38,151 nt of DNA, taken from positions 1 to 38,151 of IMG/VR virus record IMGVR_UViG_3300029290_000006. The stretch is one strand, 5' to 3'. Under the pieces are notes generated by a model. The model was given only the letters and a program-made list of their open reading frames with translations, was not told where the DNA came from and searched no databases. Below are positions 28,621-35,146 of this stretch, one piece after another (the stretch's first letter is position 1; every line of letters starts with the position of its first letter). Both the position numbers and the translations under genes were made by a program. The stretch comes from a virus. Its lineage: Duplodnaviria > Caudoviricetes.

Positions 28621-29382
28621 ATGTTGCTAACTACAGCAATCGCAGTCGAAGGTGCTACGCATCTTGCCGAGAAGGAAGCAGTCAAGCGCATGGCGAAGTA
28701 CCTGAAGGACACGGTAATTGCGAAATGGAGCGAGTACCGCGCGCATGCCTTTCTGTCGGCGTTCTTGGATGAGGTGCGCAAGGAGCAAGATGTTCTGCAT
28801 CAGTCGGCTGACTTGAACGACTTACTGAAGTTGGTATCGCAAACCGACAATCAAACCACGGCACTCTTCGATGCATACAGGAGAGTCGCGCTATCGTCGA
28901 GCAAGAAGATCGGCCCCATGGTCATAGGGATGCTAACGGCCCATATCGTGCTTGAAGATCGAGAGGCCACCCCAGACGAAGAACTAATTTTCTATGCTGC
29001 GGAAACCCTCAACGATCGTGATTTCTCGGACCTTAAGGCATGGGTTGCGCATGCCTGGGAAGACAATGAATCGCGCGCGAGCCACCACTTAGGAAACAAA
29101 TTGGAGCCACGAAACGTCCTCGTAAAGACCGGCCCCGAACAACCCCCCGGGGTTTCCCTTCTGACCGTCGGGCTCGGTCTGGATGACACGCCCTTGGCGA
29201 TTGCAGAGGACGTAGGCATTTTCGCGCTAAAGCTGAAGAACATCGGCCTCCTAACGGAGACCGTGCGGCGCCGAGAGAACCCCCGAGAGGCCGGCTCTAC
29301 CCGATACTTCGTCATAGTGAGCAGCGCATGCCAACAGCTCTACTCCCTCGCCGCCAGAGCAATGGACGCCTTAGCCGCCTAG
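28621..29382 (+). CDS. hypothetical protein, 253 aa (possibly Abi-alpha/DUF4393-like)
   Basis: GGGGG RBS-like; helical N-half, L..LND.DF and LKNIGLL winged-helix-like end. Confidence 0.55.
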   Translation: MLLTTAIAVEGATHLAEKEAVKRMAKYLKDTVIAKWSEYRAHAFLSAFLDEVRKEQDVLHQSADLNDLLKLVSQTDNQTTALFDAYRRVALSSSKKIGPMVIGMLTAHIVLEDREATPDEELIFYAAETLNDRDFSDLKAWVAHAWEDNESRASHHLGNKLEPRNVLVKTGPEQPPGVSLLTVGLGLDDTPLAIAEDVGIFALKLKNIGLLTETVRRRENPREAGSTRYFVIVSSACQQLYSLAARAMDALAA

Positions 29383-29418
29383 AATCGCCGTGCTCGGCAC
29401 CCAACCGCGCGACTCTTT

Positions 29419-29447
29419 GCCCCGCCCGAAGCGGGGCTTATGCATTT
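29419..29447 (+). terminator. GC hairpin between convergent genes, probable terminator
   Basis: GCCCCGC-CCGAA-GCGGGGC followed by TTATGCATTT (weak U-tract). Confidence 0.5.
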
Positions 29448-29901
29448 AAGCCTTCGGCCCACACCCCTTCAACATCGGGCTACCCACAATCCGCCCATCT
29501 CCTCGGCACACCCAAGCCACCTTCGCCCCCTTCTTCAGCGAAGCCACCATCGCCGCATGCTGATCGTCCAGATACGCATGCACCGGCATGAACGGGTTGC
29601 CAGACGCGAGCTTCACCACGATGCTGTCTGTGAAGTCCTTGTCGATGCTCTGCACCGTGCCGGTCACCAGTAGGCTCTTGCCCTTGTATTTCTGATCGGC
29701 GGCCACCTCGTTGTCGTCATACGCGCGGAACAGCGCATCTGCCTTGACTGGCAACGGTGGCTCGGCCGCTTCTGCTGTCTCTATCGCGCTGACCGCTGTG
29801 GATGCGCTCGCCGACTTCGGTTTCGGATCAGCCAGGTCACTGAGAATGCCAATCACGATGGCGACAAACGCAAGCCCAAACAGCCACTTCACTACTTTCA
29901 T
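29446..29901 (-). CDS. membrane-anchored OB-fold protein (tRNA_anti-like)
   Basis: N-terminal TM; L..AY..NEVAAD.KYKGK...VTG.V..I, LKKG..V...C; AAAGGAG RBS. Confidence 0.85.
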   Translation of the reverse strand: MKVVKWLFGLAFVAIVIGILSDLADPKPKSASASTAVSAIETAEAAEPPLPVKADALFRAYDDNEVAADQKYKGKSLLVTGTVQSIDKDFTDSIVVKLASGNPFMPVHAYLDDQHAAMVASLKKGAKVAWVCRGDGRIVGSPMLKGCGPKA

Positions 29902-30008
29902 TACTGCTCCTTTCTACCTTCCCGTCTGTGTGGATTGATAAAAAGGCTGTATGCCGCGCCCCCCGCGCGGCTACTGCTCTATTTGAATTGACTCAGGACG
30001 CAAGGAGC

Positions 30009-30293
30009 CTACTCGTACCCGCGCCCCGCATACAAAAAGTCAGCAAACAACCGCCAAGGGTTGGGACTCTTCGGACCTGGTCGCGCACCGAAATCAGAAT
30101 CCTCCGCCCATGCCTTCGCAGCGCTCAGGAACTCGGAAACCGTATTGTTTGCCCACTCCCCCTGAAAGCCATCTGGCTCGAGGGGCAGTCCATCGGCACG
30201 TCGCCGCTCAGACAGCAACGCATCGACAAACTGCAAGAAAGATGCTTCGTCGACAGTTGCTTCAAGTGCGTCAAAGACAGTGGTGGTGTTCAT
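30009..30293 (-). CDS. small acidic hypothetical protein (DUF7660-like / immunity-like)
   Basis: V.D..SF..FV.AL, W.N.T...FL.A...W, W..FA..L.AG..YE pattern. Confidence 0.65.
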   Translation of the reverse strand: MNTTTVFDALEATVDEASFLQFVDALLSERRRADGLPLEPDGFQGEWANNTVSEFLSAAKAWAEDSDFGARPGPKSPNPWRLFADFLYAGRGYE

Positions 30294-30320
30294 GTCGAGA
30301 GCTAGCCCGTCACGCTTTCA

Positions 30321-30773
30321 CTAAGCACGAACAACAGCTCGCGCAACTCGCTCAATCAGCAACACCACCCCGATCAACAAAGCCCACGCAACCGCGACCA
30401 TGGCCTGCAGGCCAACCTGCATCAGACTCACCTGGCCCAATCCGCCAAAAGAGAGCTGCCCCCTGCCACTGAGCGCGACCGTGACTGGTATCAGCGTCAG
30501 CACGTAGTGCAGCACCACGAGCATGGCGAGCAAACGCCAAAGATGGCGGCGTGCCCCCATTACGTGTGCCAGCCACATGTGAAGGGCAATAGGCGCGCCT
30601 CCCGCAATCCAGAACCACAGCCTCATCATCCGAAACTGCCACTCGGCAGGTGGCTTGGGCCAAGCTCCGAGCTTGTCGAGCATCGCGGGGAAGTACAGGA
30701 CCACCACGAACAAGATCAACGGCGCGACGTACAATACTGCGGCAGGCCATTTATGGCCCGGTGCTCTTTCCAT
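30321..30773 (-). CDS. hypothetical 4-TM membrane protein
   Basis: GAGGAGAGG RBS; four hydrophobic segments. Confidence 0.65.
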   Translation of the reverse strand: MERAPGHKWPAAVLYVAPLILFVVVLYFPAMLDKLGAWPKPPAEWQFRMMRLWFWIAGGAPIALHMWLAHVMGARRHLWRLLAMLVVLHYVLTLIPVTVALSGRGQLSFGGLGQVSLMQVGLQAMVAVAWALLIGVVLLIERVARAVVRA

Positions 30774-30929
30774 TCCCCTCTCCTCTTTATCCGCGAAGCG
30801 ACGCAGCCGCAATTGAGTGCAGCTCGGCAAGCATTCCGGCAACTTTTCGAGCGGAACGTAGAGGCTAACGCTCTAAGAATCCGAATCAATTGCCGCGCCG
30901 CCCAAAACCGGCGCTGCTCTAACTCCGTA

Positions 30930-31244
30930 TCAGTAATCAACCCAAAGGCCACCAGATCGCAGCGCGGCCTCCACTGCGTCGAAATACTCAGCCACGAAGG
31001 CGTAATACGCCTGCCCTTCAGGCTTGCTGGTAGCAAATTCCTGCATATGCTTTCGACCGCGCGGTACCAGCACGGAGATCGGCTCAAAATTCTCGCTCAG
31101 CCAACAACCAACAACATGGTTGACTGTGCTGGATAGCAGATAGATCGTCGCGTCACGCCGGTAAATCAAAGCCCCCATGAACTCGGGCTTGTTGGCCTCG
31201 CGGCCCATAGCCGCGACCTTCCACACCAGCTCAGAGTCCATCAT
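30930..31244 (-). CDS. hypothetical protein, 104 aa
   Basis: Start overlaps stop of upstream gene (ATGA coupling); globular composition. Confidence 0.65.
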   Translation of the reverse strand: MMDSELVWKVAAMGREANKPEFMGALIYRRDATIYLLSSTVNHVVGCWLSENFEPISVLVPRGRKHMQEFATSKPEGQAYYAFVAEYFDAVEAALRSGGLWVDY

Positions 31245-31654
31245 GATCTATTCGGGTTGGAAGCCTGACGCAACGCATCAGCCTGATTCGCGGTACCGAG
31301 CAGCTCCAGAGCGGCTTCTAGTCTTCTCCTGACAGATTTCAACAGCGGGCGCTCGCAAAAAGTTTGAAGGGCAATCATCTCCACCGCCACCCCCGCCCGC
31401 GCTGATTCCCGACCAATCGTGATCTGCGCAACTTCGGTAGCGCTGACGAGCAACCAGTAGACGTCTTCGGCTTGCTCCGGCACCCAATGAATGGGAAAGA
31501 CCGTCGCGCCAGGAAAGCGGCGGCGCACCGCCTGCGCCAATGGGCTGCCATCAGTTGCCGAGCAGAGCGACGCCGACGCCTGCTTGAGCTGCTCCACCAT
31601 TGACCTCTCGGCCTGCCGCTTACCACCCCCGGGTCTTGGCAGATTGCTATGCAT
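31241..31654 (-). CDS. hypothetical protein
   Basis: Start overlaps repressor 3' end; WVPEQAEDVY.LLV core. Confidence 0.6.
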   Translation of the reverse strand: MHSNLPRPGGGKRQAERSMVEQLKQASASLCSATDGSPLAQAVRRRFPGATVFPIHWVPEQAEDVYWLLVSATEVAQITIGRESARAGVAVEMIALQTFCERPLLKSVRRRLEAALELLGTANQADALRQASNPNRS

Positions 31655-32090
31655 CACGGCGCTTGGTCTTCCGTTTGGAGCCCTGACCTACTGCTCCAAC
31701 CTGCACGTTGCCCGACCCGCCAACAATGACCTGAGACCGCTTGGTCACCTTCACAGGCTGGGCGTCAGAGGTTCCGGCAGAAAGGCCACCAATCAGCGCA
31801 AGCACACCAGCACGCCCGCGCGCATCAAGTTCTCGATAGCCAGCGAGGACAACACCCTCCTCTGCTGAAAGAAGCGACGGCACATGCTGCCCTGTCAGGA
31901 CGTAGAGAACGTCGACGCCATGTTGTGCGACTGCTGCTAGGTAGTTCGCATCCGGCACGCGCTCTGACTTTTCGTAGAGCACTTGCGTCTTCACCGTAAC
32001 CCCGCCCAGCGCCGCAAAGTCGGTTTGATTCAGCCCATGGCGCCGACGCTCGTCGGCAAGGCGTTCACCAAAATTTACCGAACGCTCCAT
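31647..32090 (-). CDS. phage immunity repressor, XRE-family HTH, with low-complexity C-terminal tail (GNVQVG)
   Basis: GERL..ER.R.GLNQ.DFA..GGV...TQ..YEK..R.PDA.YL......GVDV.YVLTG; divergent from early operon. Confidence 0.92.
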   Translation of the reverse strand: MERSVNFGERLADERRRHGLNQTDFAALGGVTVKTQVLYEKSERVPDANYLAAVAQHGVDVLYVLTGQHVPSLLSAEEGVVLAGYRELDARGRAGVLALIGGLSAGTSDAQPVKVTKRSQVIVGGSGNVQVGAVGQGSKRKTKRRDA

Positions 32091-32098
32091 TATCTCTA

Positions 32099-32127
32099 TT
32101 CCAATTAAACCGATCGGTTCATATAAT
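32099..32127 (+). promoter_or_regulatory. early (lytic) promoter with operator: -35 TTCCAA, 17 bp, -10 TATAAT; palindrome AACCGATCGGTT (32108-32119) in spacer
   Basis: AT-rich intergenic region of divergent switch; perfect 12-bp palindrome; related half-sites at ~32076 and ~32125. Confidence 0.7.
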
Positions 32128-32164
32128 CGGTTATGCAAGATTTTCTTTCACGAGTATATCGACC

Positions 32165-32404
32165 ATGCCCCGTGGAAATGTCGCGAAACGTCGCGCGCCA
32201 ATTGGCGTCGTGACTGACAAACCTGTCTATATCCGCCTTCGGCCCGAGGAGCTTTTGAAGTTCAAAGCGCGCGCCGCCACTGAAGGCCGGTCGCTCGGCA
32301 ACATGGGCCGCGTTCTCATCCTCAGCGCGCTAGCCCAGCCGAGCCCCAACAAGCTTAAGCAAGACGTGCCCCAACGGCACGCAACATCCGTTGTGGAGGA
32401 TTGA
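32165..32404 (+). CDS. ribbon-helix-helix (Arc-like) regulator in cro/cox position
   Basis: KPVYIRL.PEE......RA..EGRSL.N..R.LI RHH pattern. Confidence 0.8.
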   Translation: MPRGNVAKRRAPIGVVTDKPVYIRLRPEELLKFKARAATEGRSLGNMGRVLILSALAQPSPNKLKQDVPQRHATSVVED

Positions 32405-32406
32405 CC

Positions 32407-32700
32407 ATGCACACCCAACACCGAATCGAACACGCCTTGCGGCGCAAGCTCTCCGGCCCATCGCGGCAAGACGTGCAGCAGACCATGGGCTGGGACAAAG
32501 GCGCCATGAGCCGCTTCCTGAGCGGCGAGCAAGGCGTGCTGATCGACAAGCTGGATACGCTCGTTGGCGTGTGCGGCTACGTGCTTGTTACGCGCAAGTA
32601 CATGGATGCCGTTGCCACGCTGGGCGAGGTCGGCATGTTCTGCGAATGCGCCCGCCAGGGGCTTGGCGAGTGCAGCCGGCCGCAAGGGGGTGGGAAATGA
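32407..32700 (+). CDS. CII-like HTH transcriptional regulator
   Basis: GGAGGA RBS; GWD...MSRF HTH, G..LV...Y..A...L, C-terminal CEC....G.C. Confidence 0.65.
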   Translation: MHTQHRIEHALRRKLSGPSRQDVQQTMGWDKGAMSRFLSGEQGVLIDKLDTLVGVCGYVLVTRKYMDAVATLGEVGMFCECARQGLGECSRPQGGGK

Positions 32701-33395
32701 ACCGCCTGCAGAACGGCCTTGCCCGGTTGCGTGCACGCAGCGACCGTGCACACGCCAAGTTTGACCGTGCCTTTAAGTCGTGGGCGCGATTAGACGGTCG
32801 GCCCGTAGAACTCAATGAAGCTCTGGCTCTCTTCTATGCCAGGTATCCGAGCCTGACACTCTGGGCAATGAAGCAACGTCTTGCCCTGCTCAAATTCCAG
32901 CTTCGACTTACGACCTACGTAAGCGCACGCTGCACAAACGTACACACGCCTGTCGCTCTGGCTGGGTGGAAGTGGCTTGGCAAGGCAAAAGCCGCCCAAG
33001 GGCGTTTCGAACAAGTCGTAATGCGCGAGGTCACCCTCGCGCTCAAGCAACTCGCTCAACTGCTTTCTGAGCTCCACGTTTTCCTGCTCTGCCGTGGCTA
33101 CGCGCTGCAAGAGCGTCGCGTTTTCCTCTTGAAGGTCACGAGCCAACTTCAAGAGGTGCATACGCTGACGCTCAAACACCTCTTCAGCTTCTGCCAGTCC
33201 GGCGCTGTCTCTGGCCGCAACGGCGGTTTTGGCAGCGGCGAACGTGTTGCCGATTGCACTGAGCAAGGTATCGATTTCCATGAGGGCTCCTCTGTTGATG
33301 ATTCAAACGGTGTGAGAGCCAATGAGTCTATGGCCGGGGATGTCCCTCACCCACCCTCTGTAAAACAAAGCCACAAACAGGACCGCCCATGCTGA
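32697..33395 (+). CDS. 232-codon ORF coupled at both ends to neighbours, antisense to 32790-33281 (coding status uncertain)
   Basis: ATG overlaps TGA of CII-like gene; its TGA overlaps the ogr start. Confidence 0.3.
   Translation: MNRLQNGLARLRARSDRAHAKFDRAFKSWARLDGRPVELNEALALFYARYPSLTLWAMKQRLALLKFQLRLTTYVSARCTNVHTPVALAGWKWLGKAKAAQGRFEQVVMREVTLALKQLAQLLSELHVFLLCRGYALQERRVFLLKVTSQLQEVHTLTLKHLFSFCQSGAVSGRNGGFGSGERVADCTEQGIDFHEGSSVDDSNGVRANESMAGDVPHPPSVKQSHKQDRPC
32790..33281 (-). CDS. coiled-coil + zinc-ribbon hypothetical protein
   Basis: AGAGGAG RBS 5 nt before ATG; heptad coiled coil then CAAC...CPEC. Confidence 0.8.
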   Translation of the reverse strand: MEIDTLLSAIGNTFAAAKTAVAARDSAGLAEAEEVFERQRMHLLKLARDLQEENATLLQRVATAEQENVELRKQLSELLEREGDLAHYDLFETPLGGFCLAKPLPPSQSDRRVYVCAACAYVGRKSKLEFEQGKTLLHCPECQARIPGIEESQSFIEFYGPTV

Positions 33396-33640
33396 TGACC
33401 TGCCCCCATTGCAAAGGCCGTCTGAAAATCCGCACCAGCCGCGAGGTGACACTGCTCACGCGCGAGGCGTATCTGCAGTGTGAAGACGTGCACTGCGCCT
33501 ACACGTGCGTGGCGATCATTTCGCAGGTGCGCACCATCGCCCCCAGCATGAAGCCGAACCCCTTGGCTTATCTGCCTGTGAGCACCAAGCGGCCAGCGGC
33601 GGAAGACAAGCGCCAACTGGATCTCCTCGGCGGCAAGTAG
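33389..33640 (+). CDS. ogr: Ogr/Delta-family zinc-finger late transcription activator
   Basis: CPHC...IRTS.......E.Y.QC....C. Confidence 0.92.
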   Translation: MLMTCPHCKGRLKIRTSREVTLLTREAYLQCEDVHCAYTCVAIISQVRTIAPSMKPNPLAYLPVSTKRPAAEDKRQLDLLGGK

Positions 33641-33722
33641 CCGCCCCTCTCTTTCCTCCCTTTCCCCCCTGTCCGACGGCGTGTCTCCCCCACGCCGGAG
33701 GGCGGCTTTTTGCCCATTTTTT
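33639..33722 (+). terminator. structured element/terminator downstream of ogr
   Basis: AGCCGCCC/GGGCGGCT outer stem, GGCGTG/CACGCC inner stem, followed by TTTTT and TTTTTT. Confidence 0.55.
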
Positions 33723-33733
33723 GCGAGGCCCTT

Positions 33734-34279
33734 ATGCAAACCAACGCTGTCCTGACCTTTGAGAACGTCGACTTCCAGGTAGTCGACATCCACAACACGC
33801 CATGGCTAAGGGGCCTGCAAGTTGCAGGTGCCTTGGGGTACAAGAATCCGAGCAAAGACCTTTCGAACCTGTACGAGCGCAACGTCGACGAGTTCACCGA
33901 AGACATGACGCAGGTGGTCGAGCTTGACACCGCCGGCGGCCGTCAGCCTGTTCGCATCTTCAGCCCGCGCGGCTGCTACCTGCTCGGCATGCTGGCCCGC
34001 ACCGAGCGCGCCAAGGCATTCCGCCGCTGGGTGCTCGACGTGCTGGAAGGCCGCTTGGTGCCGCAAGAGACCGGCCGCATGACCGTGCCGCAGCGGCTGG
34101 CAGCGCTGCGCTATCGCGGCACCCTCGCCAAAGAGCTTGCCAACGCCCGCACGGCTTCGCTGGCGGTGGAGCTGTACGCCAACCTGCAGCACGTGTCCCG
34201 CCTGCTGGGCATGCAAACGCAGCCCATCGGCGTACTCGCGCCCGTCGCGCGCCAAAACAGCCTGCAGGGCATTGCTTGA
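33734..34279 (+). CDS. Bro-N domain antirepressor-like protein
   Basis: LTF, PW....VA.ALGY, LY.RN.DEF, RIFSPRG, AKAFRRWVLDVL. Confidence 0.88.
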   Translation: MQTNAVLTFENVDFQVVDIHNTPWLRGLQVAGALGYKNPSKDLSNLYERNVDEFTEDMTQVVELDTAGGRQPVRIFSPRGCYLLGMLARTERAKAFRRWVLDVLEGRLVPQETGRMTVPQRLAALRYRGTLAKELANARTASLAVELYANLQHVSRLLGMQTQPIGVLAPVARQNSLQGIA

Positions 34280-34289
34280 GGGGGCCGGC

Positions 34290-34454
34290 ATGAAAACCTA
34301 CCTCGTCCGCGTCGCCGCCGGCGGCCGTCGCCTGTCGTTCCACACCATCGCCGCATCCAGCACCGATGCGCTCATGGCCGTCATGCGCACGGCCGAAGCG
34401 CTCGGCCTGGCCGCACGCGCCGGCTCGGCCCGCCTGGTCGGGAGGCCCGCATGA
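34290..34454 (+). CDS. small hypothetical phage protein
   Basis: GAGGGGG RBS; Y.V.V.......F.TIA.SS.DA pattern; coupled to next gene. Confidence 0.65.
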   Translation: MKTYLVRVAAGGRRLSFHTIAASSTDALMAVMRTAEALGLAARAGSARLVGRPA

Positions 34455-34687
34455 ACGTCCTGCAGCTCGTTGCCATGTTCACCACCCTCGCCGTGCAGGC
34501 AGCCGCCGTGGGCTTCCTCTTCGCCTGGCGCAGCAAGAACGACCCGACCGTCAACGGCTACACCGCGCAGCCGAAGCGCTTCAACGGCGTTGTCCGCGTG
34601 CTGCTGTGGGTGGCCGTGGTCTGCATCGGCGGCGGCATGGTCACCACGGGCCTGATGGCCTACGGCGTCTTGGCGGAGGCCGCGTAA
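34451..34687 (+). CDS. hypothetical 2-TM membrane protein
   Basis: GGAGG RBS; two hydrophobic helices. Confidence 0.65.
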   Translation: MNVLQLVAMFTTLAVQAAAVGFLFAWRSKNDPTVNGYTAQPKRFNGVVRVLLWVAVVCIGGGMVTTGLMAYGVLAEAA

Positions 34688-34929
34688 TGCTCGCCCTCGT
34701 CAATCTCTGGATGCTGCTCACGGCCTTCGTTTCCGTGGCGCTACTCAACTACAGCCCGCGCACGCAGCGCTGGGGCGCCGTGGTCGGGCTGCTCGGCCAG
34801 CCGGCATGGCTGTACCTCACGCACGTCACGGGAGAGGCCGGCATGTTCACCGCATCGGTGTTCTTTTTCGTCTGCTACGGGCGCGGCGTATGGCTCGGCT
34901 TCTTCTGCAGGAGCGCCCGCCATGCCTGA
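34687..34929 (+). CDS. small membrane protein
   Basis: TAATG coupling; RWG..VGL.GQP.W pattern, hydrophobic. Confidence 0.65.
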   Translation: MLALVNLWMLLTAFVSVALLNYSPRTQRWGAVVGLLGQPAWLYLTHVTGEAGMFTASVFFFVCYGRGVWLGFFCRSARHA

Positions 34930-35128
34930 GCCGGTCGTGACCGATGTGGACGTGCGCCGGATGCACCGCTTCCTGCGCCTGACCACCCCTTACGACGCCA
35001 TGCCGCCGCCGCTGCGTGCCGCTGTCACCGCCGCCGCAAAGGCGATGGCAACGATGCGCGAGCGCCGCCGCGCCAACCGATCCACCGTCGACCTCAAACG
35101 CCGCGCCGCCGGCGATGTCGACGACTGA
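34922..35128 (+). CDS. small hypothetical phage protein
   Basis: AGGAG RBS; C-terminal DLKRRAAGD.D. Confidence 0.65.
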   Translation: MPEPVVTDVDVRRMHRFLRLTTPYDAMPPPLRAAVTAAAKAMATMRERRRANRSTVDLKRRAAGDVDD

Positions 35129-35146
35129 CCCACCTTCCTGATCGCA

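Noticed and set aside
30809-30893. 8-bp inverted repeat GCAATTGA/TCAATTGC in an intergenic gap as attC-like site
   Set aside because: Too short, no RYYYAAC/GTTRRRY boxes, not repeated between other genes
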